A stretch of DNA of 64,000 nt. Source: Octopus vulgaris. Lineage: Eukaryota. Location: positions 117,800,001-117,864,000 of the forward strand of contig OX597820.1 of the NCBI GenBank assembly GCA_951406725.2. The letters are read 5' to 3'. Below, piece after piece: positions 1 through 12,518 of the stretch (the first letter of the stretch is position 1; the number at the start of each line of letters is the position of its first letter). The notes under the pieces were generated by a model. The model made no database searches, had not been told where the DNA came from, and was given only the letters and a program-made list of their open reading frames with translations. The position numbers were made by a program, and so were the translations under genes.

Positions 1-222
1 GACAAGGCCGGCCCTTTGAAATACAGGTACAACAGAAACAGGAAGTAAGAGTGAGAGAAAGTTGTGGTGAAAGAGTACAGCAGGGATCGTCACCATCCCC
101 TGCCGGAGCCTCGTGGAGCTTTTAGGTGTTTTCGCTCAATAAACACTCACAACGCCCGGTCCGGGAATCGAAACCGCGATCCTACGACCGCTGCCCTAAC
201 CACTGGGCCATTGCGCCTCCAC
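1..222 (-). mobile_element. tRNA-derived SINE family A (cut by window edge)
   Basis: Minus strand starts gtggaggcgcaatggcccagtggttagggcagcg...ggtttcgattccc (A/B boxes); near-identical to copies at 19.3, 52.3 and 62.1 kb. Confidence 0.85.
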
Positions 223-274
223 ACATTGAAGACATACAAGAAATAGAACCTGGGTTGTCCTGTGTGAAATTTTG

Positions 275-625
275 ATCTAAAATTTTGGCACAAGGCCAGC
301 AGTTTCGGGGAAGTCGGTTACATCGACCCTGTGCTCAACTGTTACTTATTTTATCGACCGTGGAAGTATGAAAAGCGGAGTCGACCTCTGCGGAATTTGA
401 ACTCAAAGCATAAAAACCGCTAAGCACTTAGCCCGGCGTGCTAACGATTCTGCCAGCTCACCGTCTCGACCTGTGGGGAGATATTCTTTTCTATTCTAGG
501 CACAAGGCCTAAAATTTTTGGGGAGGTGTGGTCAGTCGATTAGATCGACCTCAGTACGCAACTGGTACTTAATTTATCGACCCCGAAAGGATGAAAGGGC
601 AAAGCCGACCTCGGCGGAATTTGAC
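275..625 (-). mobile_element. Two SINE family C copies (Meta-domain-like)
   Basis: Reverse complement of gaggtcgactttgcctttcatcctttcggggtcgataaattaagtaccag, which recurs many times in the window. Confidence 0.75.
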
Positions 626-667
626 CTGTGGGAGATATTAAATAACAAATGAATCACCTGTCACATC

Positions 668-1028
668 TTTTACCATTTACATGTTCCAGGGTCTGGACTT
701 CGGCCATGCTGGAGCATTGCCTTCAAGGGTTTAGTCGAAAGAATTGATCTCAGTGCATATTTTCTTAAGTCTGGTACTTATTCTATCGGTCTCTTTTGTC
801 GAACACTTGAGTTACAAGGACGTAAACAAACCAACAGTTGTTGTTAAGCGGTGGACAAACACAAAAACACACATACAACAGGCTTCCACACAGTTTCCAT
901 CTAAAAAATTCACGCACAAGGTACTGATCAACGCAGGGCTATAGCAGAAGATACATGGCCAAGGTGCTGTGCAGTGGGACAGAACCTGAAATCCTTTGGT
1001 TAGAAAGTGAGCTTAACAGCCAAGCCTG
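668..1028 (-). mobile_element. Diverged SINE family B copy
   Basis: cggccatgctggagca, gtacttattctatcggtctcttt and cagtgggac blocks. Confidence 0.7.
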
Positions 1029-1044
1029 CTTCAAAAGATAACTT

Positions 1045-1461
1045 GGATCTTTTCGGTTTGAACGTCACTTTTTTCTAGCGGTGTCATATGAAATTGTCAC
1101 CCATAATTATGACCCTAGTATCGATCTATTGCATTTCAATCTATTTTAGGATTAGGGGTGGGGGGAAGGGTATCTTTTTTTCTTCACAAATATAAATAAA
1201 CCCAATCTGTTTCTTAAACGAGGGACATATTCATACGGCACAGAATGTTTTTTTTTTTACCTCGATAGACGTCAGTGGTTGGTTGAAATTGCAGAAATTG
1301 AAGAAAAAAAACAACAGATATTTTACAAACTATAGAATTTTCTCAATAAAGCCAAGAGAAAAAGATGTTTTATAAACACATTCTGCCAGTATACGAAGTT
1401 TAAAAGTGTTTAGTTACCTAGAAATTATGTTAAAAACTGCCGTTCAAACCGAAAAAGATCC
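1045..1461. mobile_element. MITE with ~29-bp TIRs (GG..CC ends) and 8-bp TSD
   Basis: ggatcttttcggtttgaacg...cgttcaaaccgaaaaagatcc; gataactt duplicated at 1037-1044 and 1462-1469. Confidence 0.85.
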
Positions 1462-2418
1462 GATAACTTTTAAAAAACAAATACAACTCCGAAATAACTT
1501 TGAGGTTTTACCTCGTTTACACGAAAAATGGATGAACCAATAACGAAGTTTATGTATTTATAGTTCTTCCATACAGCATCCTCTGATGCACCTGGACAAT
1601 ATACATACGTGTGGATGCATATATAAAGCTTTCACTACCATACCTGTTTCTTTTACCTGTTATCTTTTACACACACAAACGTGTGTGTATGGGGGGGGCA
1701 TGCAATTATTTAGTCTTTCTTATTTCTCCCCTAATTCCTTTCTACTTTATTCCCAACAATTATTAGTTTTTCCTCTTCTCCTTCCATCAATCTCTGACAC
1801 TAACGTCTACCACCCCATCTTCACCCCACCATCAATTATTATTATTATTATTGTTGTTGTTGTTACATTGTCTTACAATCCAACTCTATATAGATTTCCT
1901 GCCTACTTTCCCCTTCAACTTAGAAATATGAATAAATAAATAAACGTGTGAAACCCCCCTCATTCAGAAAGTGTGTGTGTGTGTGTGTGTTAAGTGGAGA
2001 AGGTAGAAGGAACATGAAATAGAGAGGAAAAAGAAGAAGAAGAGGATTGACAATCAAAAAGAGAAAAAAAGAAGAAAAACCCTGGGTAAAATACGTAATA
2101 AAAACAATACTCTAATAAACAACAAATGGCAGAAATAGTTTTGTAAACTGGGTTACAAATGGATTGGTGTAAAGTAATATTGTGTGTGTACAAACATCCA
2201 CACCTAATATTATATACACACACACACACAAACATTGTGTGTGTGTGTGTGTGTGTACGTGTCTATATATATATAAGTATACAATACTGCATATATTCAC
2301 ATGAATATAATTATGTATGTGTAAATACATGTAAATATATATTTATTCATGTTTGTGTATATGTGTGTGTACATATCTATCTACTTGCTGTTGATTTGAT
2401 GGCTTACGTAATACTGTA

Positions 2419-2524
2419 ATATATATATATATATATACACATATATATATATATACATATATATGTATATATGTATATATATATATATATACATATATAT
2501 GTATATATGTATATATATATATAC

Positions 2525-2557
<33 letters not shown>

Positions 2558-2645
2558 CATACATATATATATATATACATACATATATATATACATACAT
2601 ATATATATATATATATATACATACATACATATATATACATATGCA
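2419..2645. repeat. (TA)n/(TACA) microsatellite
   Basis: Direct reading. Confidence 0.95.
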
Positions 2646-5570
2646 CGCACCTTGAATAGTGTAGGCAGGTGTGTTTTTTTCAATTCTTTCCTCACACGTT
2701 GCCTGTATAAGCGATCTTTTGTTTTCCCTCCTTTTTACACGATTCTCTTCTATTTATACTCTTCGATCGATTATTGAATAAACTCTGTATTACTATGAAC
2801 CAACGAGGGAGCCTGTATGCGGGCACACGGCCAGCTAGAAATAGCAACCGAATCTTCCTCAAATCGTACCTTACAGAGTGGGTCCAGTGATGTAGCAATC
2901 ATCCCGAACGATTTTTGGTTGTGTATCCACCTTAATAAAATTCTGAGCAGCATACTTTTCGGCTCTTTACGTTCTGAGTTCGAATCTCGTTAAGGTCGAC
3001 TTCGCCTTTCGTCCATTACAGGTTGAGCACGAGGATCGATGGCCATTCTCCCGCCAAATTCCAGGCCTTGCATCTACAATAGAAAGAATTATAAGTTTAA
3101 GCTGCCGTAAATCTTACGACTCTTCACATTCATGACCAGGGATGGCTGTCTTCACTTCTCTTGCTACGCCTCTACTCAGAGCTGTCCCAATGCTGATCAA
3201 TAAAAGCTAATCAGGGGTAAAATATCAATAAACTAGGATGAACAAATATCAGTAACCGAGGCAACATGGGTGTCACAAAACCTAATTAAAAATAGCAGCT
3301 ACATCTCCCGAACAACATCTGGACATCTTAAAAGAGAAAAAAAAGGGTATAGGATGATATGGCTGGTTCTGGACGCATACTCACTGTATTGGAATATGGG
3401 GTACTGGTCATAAGTGGAACGCTTTTAATGAGTTTGCTCGGTCAACACTGACTTAACTGCTCTGACCCACACTGAAAGGCGCGGTTGCTAATTATTCCAA
3501 ACAATAGACCGACGCCATCGCCATCATCATGAGAAGACCTTAACGAGATGAACACGTTCCCAGTAGACCAAGCATTTGCTCTGACTTTGGTTCTCAACAG
3601 TAAAAGTACATTTGGTGTTGATGGTGTGAATGGAGGACGTTAGCAATGCAAAATGAAAACAAAACAAAAAAAACTATCTCCATTCACACCATCTCGATAA
3701 TATTCGTCTTTTATACTGTCACAAAATCCTCGTACCTTAAAAGGTACTCATCTTGCAGACCCTACAAGTGGGGAAGTAGAAAGCATACTTCACCCAAATT
3801 TGAATTTAGAATAAAGGACACAGGGTCAAGTATTGGGCGAGGGGTAGGGGTTGCTCTGCCACATTAAAACCGGTATCTGGTACTTTATTTTTATATTTTT
3901 TTCCTTCTCCCCCTTTTTTGTTTTTCATTTGTAAAATATATTCCTGTTCATATTTTGAATAAATTAAAAAGATCATGATTTTACTGATTTCGGAAAGATG
4001 GATGAAAGGCAAAGTTGACCCAACCTGCAGAATTTCGAGTTATTGCAAAGAGCTGGATCAATCACCGATAGGCAATTTGTTCGACGCTCTAAAGATTTTG
4101 TCACTCCATCACCCTGAGAAGTAAAAGTAATTCTTTCTAATTATGAGGGGAGGGAGGAAATCGATCACATCGACCCTAGTACTTGACTGGAACTTATCGA
4201 ATCCGAAAGGATGAAATGCAAGGTCGACTACGGCGGTATTTGAACCCAGAACTTAAAAAGCCGAAAGAAATGTTGCTAAGCATTTTGTCCGGCGCGCTAA
4301 CGATTAACAACCCTGATACAAAGCCTGATATTTTTTTAGGAGAGGGTGCGAGTCGATTATATCGATCCCAAAGGATGAAAGACAAAGTCGACCTCGGCGG
4401 AATTTGAACTCGAAACGTAAAGAGTCGAAAGAAATGTTAAGCATTTTGTTCGGCGCGCTAACAACTAAAAATAGTAATGATTTCTTAAAGTCGAAATTAT
4501 TTTGGACGAGTCTAGTCGATTGTATTAACTGGAACTTTATTTTATCGAATTCGGGATTTGAAGTCAGAATGTAAATACAGCAAAACATATTCACCGATCC
4601 AGCATCACTATCAAAGTATATGCATTTTTTTCTTCTTTACTTTGCCACAAGAATTAATAATAAATAAAAGATGACTTTAACTGTAGAGTATCTCGGAATG
4701 AATTTCTTTCGGTATTTAGTTTTATCCTTCTATTATTAAAGTTCCAATCTCAACACACTTCGTATCACCCTTCCCCAGTCACGATTCTATACCAGGTTTA
4801 AATAAATCAACTTTCGTCAGAGTTTATATCCTTCCTAATTAGAACTACTGGGTCACAATTTTAACAATGTAATGTCCTGGTTTTAATTTCTTTTATCAAT
4901 TTTCTTTTTCACAAAAGAATTGTGACTCATTTTTACAGTGAATGTCTATTAATTTCTGAAAGCTGGATTCTCTCACAGTTTGTCATTAATAAAATATTTT
5001 AGCCTTAGTTAAACGAAAAACAAAAACGGATTTTCTTGTGAAAAATTCAACTTATAAAAATAAAATTTTAAAAAAATATATAAAAGCTTACACTTTTAAC
5101 TTGTTGAATAATCTATAATAAAGTCTAAGATAATGAAAGAAAACCAATTAATGATTAATTAATAACTGTAGCGCACTGCTCTAGCGATTTTGGACGATTC
5201 CATTTATGACATTAACGCTTCTTTTAGATGTGTATATGTATGTGTGTGTGAAGGGTTTTTCAGTGTCTATGATGTGTCGTCTCTTCGCTGCTCATTTATT
5301 ATTAACAGAACCCCCACCCGTTTCTGTTCTTCAGAGAGTCTGACTGACTTGTTGGTTGCCGCTGCTGCTACATTTTTCGCTTACTCCTTCGTTTTACCTT
5401 GTTTTGAAGAGGTTTGTTTTGTTCATATTTTGCCACCTCATTTCGCGGTGTTTAAAAATATTCATTTCTACGCAAACATTCCCGCTAACCGCTTAATTTA
5501 ATTTACGAAAAAAGACCCAAGGAACGAATTCCCCAGACACCTTCATAAACACAACAGAAATAGTAGCATA

Positions 5571-6086
5571 ATGGCTGAGCAATATGATTTAGTAATTGAA
5601 TTTCTTTCCGACAACTGGCCACACATCACCATGGTATTGGCTCTGATGCTGGTCGTTTATTTATTCGTCTTCAAGCGAATCCACTGCTACTTGCCTTATA
5701 TAACACGCAAGACTATCCACGGATCATTAAATTCCGAAATGACATTTCAGATGTCGAGGCTTTTCCATCCTTTGAAAGTGGAACAATTAAAATTGGATCG
5801 ACCCCTGGAAATCTTGGACCTTAGTGGTGCCAGCAGCCGGATCGATTATTTCCCCACGGACTCTCACGTAACCAGCATGGATTCGAACCCTTTCATCAGG
5901 GCATATATGGAAGCAAAAGGAGTGGAATGCAAGCAGGCAATTTTCAAGGAATTTATAGAATCCTCAATCGATGATTTAGAAGATTTGGAATCCGAAAGTT
6001 TCGATTCTGTCGTATCATTTCAGACTCTCTGTTCTGTTGGGGAACCAGAAATTGTTTTGCAAGAAATCCTACGAATTCTTCGACCT
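5571..6086 (+). CDS. METTL7A: Exon 1 of METTL7/TMT1-like class I methyltransferase (172 codons)
   Basis: ATG at 5571; hydrophobic N-terminal anchor (ITMVLALMLVVYLFVF); VTSMDSNP, SFDSVVSFQTLCSV and VLQEILRILRP match the METTL7A/B pattern (VTCIDPNP, SVDVVVCTLVLCSV, ILREVCRVLRP); phase-0 donor CCT|GTAAGT at 6086/6087. Symbol is family-level only; orthology to 7A vs 7B is unresolved. Confidence 0.88.
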
Positions 6087-6174
6087 GTAAGTATTTTCAA
6101 ATTCTGTGGCCTTATTTCAAATCTTTACTGTCACATATTTTAATTTTAAAAAATCACTTACAAATTTATAATTT

Positions 6175-6228
6175 CAGGGATTTAAATTTAGTAAATATTA
6201 AAAAATATTTACTAAATTTAAATCCCTG
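6175..6228. repeat. Perfect 25-bp inverted repeat with 4-nt loop
   Basis: cagggatttaaatttagtaaatatt-aaaa-aatatttactaaatttaaatccctg. Confidence 0.9.
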
Positions 6229-7504
6229 GCAGCTATATACATTTATTTTTTCGCTCGTTCTATATTTGGTAGTTAACGACAGTGTCTTTATGCAGCGGTT
6301 TCGGCATGCTAGAAATAGCAGTCAGATTTTCGCATCACATCTTATAGTTTAAAAAAAAAGATGCCCCCCCAAAAGCAAAAACGGGTGATGCCTTGCCTAA
6401 TTTAGTCCTAGATACTGTAACCGAAAAAGAAAAAATGGTTGGTCATATGTGGAATTCCTTTGGTTCTACACCTGCTCGATCGACTTGGGATTACCAGAAA
6501 AGTGTAACAGTGTGTTAAATATAAACTAGTTAAGTTATAAATTCTTAATTTTTGTATCGATTCTGAAAGACTCATCGTATTTAAAATAATATTGGCGCGC
6601 TACATTATTTACAAAGCTTAATACAGATAAATCTCCAAATCGAAAGTAACCAGAAAGTAGATGCACCCCTCTCATTTCAATACCCCTTTTTGTTAGAATT
6701 TCGTATTTAAAGAGCTAACTTATACACCAATATATTCATTACATTTTCCCCTACAAACCTCTTCACCGAGAAATATTCTTTAAACTAATTATTTAAAAAA
6801 AAAGGAAGCATTTAGAAAATTTTTTTCCCGCTTCACTTTTAACCAATGAAGGAATTCGTTGAGTGACAGAATAGTAGTAATTGTTTTAACACCAGGTCAA
6901 CCTAAATCAGGGCAGAAGGAATTCCACACGTGTCCATCCATCTTTTTATTTAGTCAATGTATCTCGCATTACTAAATCCAGTGCGGCCTTCTTTTAAAAC
7001 GGTTAGGAAGTAATCTGAACGATATTCCTTTACTATTTCTAGCAGGTCAAGTGACCACAAAGAGGCTTCCTCTTGAGGAGCGCGAGATTGTAATTATGGT
7101 ATCAGAGGAACAACTAGGAAAAGTTGCCGTTCGGTGCTGCTAAATATTACTCCAATGAGGAATTAGTTCTCTAAATACAAATTCTAAAGAGGCGCCGTAG
7201 CAGCAGCAGCAACCATGAAAGTTAGCAACTCTCGTCGAGTGTTCACAGATGTCAGTTCTTCCTTTTTTCTATTTTTTTTATTATTCAGCAGCATCTTCAG
7301 CCTCAGCATCGTTTGTGTTCAGGGATATTAATATAATTGATTACCTCTCTGCCTTACAATAAAAGAAAATGTCTCTATTCAAAACTGATCTTACATAAAT
7401 TTCTCTTTTACACACATTGCGCCCTCGTGTGTACACACATACACACACACACTTCCTTATACGACTAGATATGTTTTTCTCCTCATCTAACTTATCGAAA
7501 TTGC

Positions 7505-7543
<39 letters not shown>

Positions 7544-7570
7544 GCTTCATCCAAGTGTAAATTTCGTATT

Positions 7571-7672
7571 TGATTTTCTGAAGAATTTCTAATAGGAGAT
7601 AGATCCTACATATTTTCTACTCAATGTACAATTTTGTAACTCCTGTTCTCAAATGAAACACGTGTAATGGGG
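7571..7672 (+). ncRNA. Degenerate minimal hammerhead ribozyme motif (long stem II)
   Basis: CTGAAGA 7578-7584; stem II attt..aataggag/ctcctgtt..aaat; GAAA 7655-7658; palindromic ACACGTGT followed by A (GUA triplet); stem I decayed; AATAAA follows. Confidence 0.5.
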
Positions 7673-7729
7673 AATAAATAAGACAAAAAAATGTACCAGT
7701 CTCCTGTTATAAGACACACACACTATATG

Positions 7730-7761
<32 letters not shown>

Positions 7762-7782
7762 GATATATATATAGATATATAT

Positions 7783-8150
7783 ATAGGAGTGGCTGTGTGG
7801 TAAGTAGCTTTTTTACCAACCACATGGTTCCGGGTTCAGTCCGACTGCGTGGCACCTTGGGCAAGCGTCTTCTACTATATAGCCTCGGGCCAACCAAAGC
7901 CTTGTGAGTGAATTTGGTAGACGGAAACTGAAAGAAGCCCATCGTATATATGTATATATATATATGCGTGTGTGTCTGTGTTTGTCCCCCTAGCATTGCT
8001 TGACAACCAATGCTGGTGTGTTAATGTCCCCGTTACTTAGCGGTTCGGCAGAAGAGACCGATATAAGTACTGGGTCGAGTTGCTTGACTAAAGGCGGTGC
8101 TCCAGCATGGCCACAGTCAAATGACTGAAACGAGTAAAAGAGTAAAGAGA
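7783..8150 (+). mobile_element. tRNA-derived SINE family B (internal microsatellite)
   Basis: ggagtggctgtgtggtaag...ccgggttcagtcc head and gtaaaagagtaaaagag tail; more than 10 near-identical copies in the window. Confidence 0.85.
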
Positions 8151-8429
8151 ATATATATCTATATATCTCGTTAGTGGATCATATATCCAAAAAGGAAACA
8201 TACTCCGAAAGTAGAGGAGGTTAATTATATGACCGGCCACAGAGTGACCAATGGTTTGTTTTGCATCCATAAAGCCTCGTAGACAATTCCTCACATCCCA
8301 ATCGCTGTGAACTTATATTGGACAAGGTGGCGATCTGGTACCACCATTATCAGTCATTTCTTCTGGCACGTTATGTTCCAAATTAAAAGAGTTGGTAAAA
8401 TAAGATACAAGTCAGGTACTTGGGTCGAT

Positions 8430-8602
8430 GGAGGCACACGGCCTAGTGGCTAGAGCAGCGGACTCGCGGTCGAGGGATCGCGGGTTCGAATCTCAGACCG
8501 GGTGATGTGTGTGTTTATGAGCGGAACACCTAAGCTCCACGTGGCTCCAGCAGAAGGTAATGGTGAACTTCTGCTGACTCTTTCGCCACAACTTTCTCTC
8601 AC
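8430..8602 (+). mobile_element. SINE family A 5-prime part
   Basis: ggcctagtggctagagcagcggactcgcggtcg...gggttcgaatctc tRNA-like head. Confidence 0.7.
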
Positions 8603-8736
8603 GTAAAAAGCTACAGTAACACCCCCCCCCCTTGTGGTTAGCCATATTGAGATGGCTATTATACTTTACATCTCTAAAAATGCTTATATAGTTATTTCCC
8701 TTACAAACCCGAGCAATGCCGGGCGATACTGCTAGT
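8603..8736 (+). mobile_element. Non-autonomous Helitron-like 3-prime end
   Basis: Subterminal hairpin cccgagcaatgccggg followed ~10 nt later by CTAG|T; related termini at 8762-8790 and 56609-56638; internal part also occurs at 62980-63035. Confidence 0.55.
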
Positions 8737-9488
8737 ATTATATACAAACTATGGCATTTTAATCCTGAGCAACCCTGGGTGTCTCTGTTTCTGATAATTT
8801 TCTGAAAGCCTCTCTAATGCACATCTTGTTTCATGAAGGCCTTTCGCTAAGATCTTGTTTGTTAAAATTGGTTGTATAGTAAGGTGGAATTCCTCCTGTG
8901 CTAGGAGTCCTGTAAACACCTTAAGGTCTTTGTAGGTGATGGTCTTGTTATCAGTATAAGATAAATTCTAAAAGTTACCAGCATTAACTTCAAATCTTGA
9001 TCCTTGATTCAAAACATTTTGCAAACTGTAACTATTTCTCTTGTGGTCTTTATTATCATCATTTTAACATCCTCTTTTCTATGCTTGCATGGGTTGGACA
9101 GAATCTGCTGAAGTGGATTTTCTGCAGCCGGATGCTCTTCTTAATGCCAACCTTCATCTGTTTCCAAGTAAGGTAATATTTCCTCGTGACCAGACATGTT
9201 TTCACGGAAGATTGGAAAGGAACAACACCACTTGTATTACTGAGACATTTGTTTACAACTATCACATGATGTCAAGGCAAGCAGTCAGTAACTCACACAA
9301 CTGGCTTCTTTGAAGAGATCTTAGCTAAAAGCCTTCGTGAAATGAAGTTGCCACCCAAGCGGGACTAAACTTGGAACCATGTTATTGAGAAGCAAACTTG
9401 TTGGCACTCATCTACATCTTCCTTAATTGGGCACCATTTTCTTTTTTTTTTTTTTTTTGTATCTTAAACATCTTTAGGTTTCTTTTAA

Positions 9489-9709
9489 CCTTTTTGTTAC
9501 TGTATTTATTTTGAGATGCTCTGTGTTTCTTTCAATTACTTTAAATATAACAAAGAATTTAGTAAAACAACTTAGTTATCATTCAGCTAGTGTTAGGAAC
9601 ATAAATTGTGACTAAGGTTTGGCAGAAGATTTTAATTCAAAACTTATGCAAACAAGACATCTGTACTAAAGAGCCAGAGCCAGTTTCAGCCGGGTTGGTA
9701 ACGAAAGGG
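9489..9709. mobile_element. piggyBac-like MITE
   Basis: TTAA|cctttttgttac ... gtaacgaaaggg; right TTAA degraded. Confidence 0.6.
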
Positions 9710-10057
9710 TCACTGTCTTTTATTGCTTGCCTCATGTAATTTCTCTAGAATTCTCTAATGCACCGATGTTTATCTTATTGTCAAGTTCTTCTGGGATGGT
9801 TTGTCTTAGAAACAGAAGCAACTCCCTGATCCACAGATTAAAGTAGTGAAACTGCATTTGGTGGATTGACAACTTCTGGAGTGAGTGGAGATTTGAAGAA
9901 TAGCTAGATGTGTCTTGGACTTGAAAATGTTTCTCACCATATTTTATGGTAGGACTGGAAAGTTTAATGACAAATTTCTTAACCAAATCTCCTGCAACCC
10001 AAGCTGTTGTGTTTGATGTCTGTAAAACAAGAAGTCAAGATATGAACACTCATCCTC

Positions 10058-10246
10058 TCTTTACTCTTTTGCTTGTTTCAGTCATTTGACTGCGGCCATG
10101 CTGGAGCACTGCCTTTAGTTGAGCAAATCGAACCCAGGACTTATTCTTTGTAAGCCTAGTGCTTATTCTATCGGTCTCTTTTGCTGAACCGCTAAGTTAC
10201 GGGGACGTAAACACACCAGCATCGGTTGTCAAGTGATGCTGGGGGG

Positions 10247-10277
<31 letters not shown>

Positions 10278-10437
10278 CATACATATATACGACGGGCTTC
10301 TTTCAGTTTCCGTCTACCTAATCCACTCACAAGGCTTTGGTTGACCTGAGGCTACAGTAGAAGACACTTGCCCGGGGTGCCATGCAGTGGGACTGAACCC
10401 AGAACCATATGGTTCATAAGCAAGCTACTCCTATGCC
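10058..10437 (-). mobile_element. SINE family B
   Basis: Reverse-complement full-length copy. Confidence 0.85.
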
Positions 10438-10693
10438 TAAATTGGTGAAATGAAATGAATATAAGAGAAGCTTTGCTCCACCCACAGATTGCTGGAGCAA
10501 CCCAGGGGTTTTGCAGGCTCCTCTAAGTCCATTGCAATGCTAGAAACCCTTTTGCATTGTCAGCAGGTATTTCATGATCACTAGTGTTTTGCCCCTTAGC
10601 CTGTATGCTTCATTTGAGTGGGTCAGCAAGGACTGAGCCAGTCTTCACCCACGGAAGAGTTCCACTTGTGGTCTCTCAGCGATCCTAGTCATC

Positions 10694-10864
10694 ATAGGTG
10701 CAGGAGTGGCTGTGTGGTAAGTAGTTTGTCTACCAACCACATGGTTCCGGGTTCAGTCCCACTCCATGGCACCTTGGGTAAGTGTCTTCTATAGCCTCGG
10801 GCCGACCAAAGCCTTGTGAGTGGATTTGGTAGACGGAAACTGAAAGAAGCCCATCCTATATATG

Positions 10865-10936
<72 letters not shown>

Positions 10937-11131
10937 TCCCCCTAGCATTGCTTGACAACCAATGCTGGTGTGTTTATGTTACCGTTACTTAGCGGTTCGG
11001 CAAAAGAGACCGATAAAATAAGTATTGGGCTTACAAAACAATAAGTCCCGGGGTCGAGTTGCTCGATTAAAGGCGGTGCTCCAGCATGGCCGCAGCCAAA
11101 ATGACTGAAACAAGTAAAAGAGTAAAAGAGA
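10694..11131 (+). mobile_element. SINE family B
   Basis: Full-length copy with internal (TG)n. Confidence 0.85.
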
Positions 11132-12042
11132 GTATCTGGAGCTAGTTTCAGCTGCTGTATCTCTTTCCTTGTTGGGTTTCTTCACTTGTCTGGGTTCCAG
11201 ACCTGTCTTCAGCAAGGAATAGCACACTGATCCTGATGGAAAGCCATGGAAGCTGACTTCTTCAAGGGGGGAAATGAGGCTGTGTGCCAGCCCTTGGCAA
11301 GGGCCTCGTTGATGAAGTCTTGATATTTTGATTTCTTTACCTGGAATATTAGAATGGTAAATGAAGAATAGCTTAAGTTTCAAATCTCTAGTGATATTAC
11401 TCCAAACAATAATGTGAAGTGAATGAGTATAGACATAGGTGTGTGGTTCAAAAACTTGCTTCCCACCTACTTGGTTCTGGGTTCAAACTCACCATGGAGC
11501 ACCTTGGCTAGGTGTCTTCTACTATAGACCTGGTTGACCAAAGTCTTGTGAGTGGATTTCCTAGATGGAAACTGAAAGAAGCCCATTTTATATGTGTGAG
11601 TTGCTGTCTCTTTGTCCTGACATTGAGAGACATTAAGCAAGTATCTCTGTCATAAAAGCATTATCCTTTTGTTTCTATTGCTCCATGAAAATACGTCCAG
11701 CCATGGGGGAAATAATACCTTATTTAGAAACGGGTGGGTTTGGTGATGAGAAGAGCATCCAGTCATAGAAAATCTACCTCAGATTCTATTTGTCTCAGGC
11801 AGGTGTGGAAAAGTAGATGTTAAAATGATTTTTTGCTGCTTTATATTAGGGACTGTTCTTTGTCACTTTGAGATGTTTTAAAGAGTAACCTCTTCTAAAA
11901 GAATCCATGTTTATGGTTAAAAATAAACTGTGGTGGATTTTTACATCTTTCTACGATATTGTCAAATTTGTTGGATTTTCCATTGTTGAATGGATGTTAC
12001 CATTTTGCTGGTTCTCCTTTTGTTTTCAATAGTTTTACCATC

Positions 12043-12398
12043 GAATGGTTGTATACTGTCAATCTAACACGAACGTGGAGCCCTAGGAAGCATCGACGCC
12101 TCCTGATGTCTTTGACACATTTTTCCTGTGTCCTTATATACATTTATGAAGGGGAGACAAACACCCCCAGCCGCCTGGGGCTGCATCTAGGGATACGTGT
12201 TTCAGGATGATTCAATGTATATAAGGACACAGGAAAAATGTGTCAAAGCCATCAGGAGGCGTTGATGCTTCCTAGGGCTAAACAGCGGTGGTGTACCTCC
12301 CTACTGTCACATTCGTGTTAGATTGACAGTATACAACCATTCTATCGCCCCACCACTGTACATGTATCTACGAGAGATTTAGAAATTTAGTATTTCTG
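12043..12398. mobile_element. Fold-back insertion (~100-bp inverted arms) with 12-bp TSD, Penelope-pLTR-like
   Basis: Arms 12043-12143 and 12215-12342; agttttaccatc duplicated at 12031-12042 and 12399-12410. Confidence 0.7.
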
Positions 12399-12518
12399 AG
12401 TTTTACCATCATTGCTAAAGTATTATAGTCTCTTGGATTTTGTCTTTTAGTCACTAAATCAGCCCAGCCTCCTACTGGGTTTGTTCAGTGAGGAGGGGGT
12501 GTTGGCACCAAGCAGGAT

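Noticed and set aside
6087-6143. C-terminal VSIFKFCGLISNLYCHIF of the 190-aa ORF
   Set aside because: Intron read-through; a canonical donor follows LRP and the true continuation is at 16420.
7215-7331. 38-codon ORF MKVSNSRRVFTDVSSSFFLFFLLFSSIFSLSIVCVQGY resembling a signal peptide
   Set aside because: The hydrophobicity comes from a T-rich tract; it stops immediately with no convincing donor or homology.
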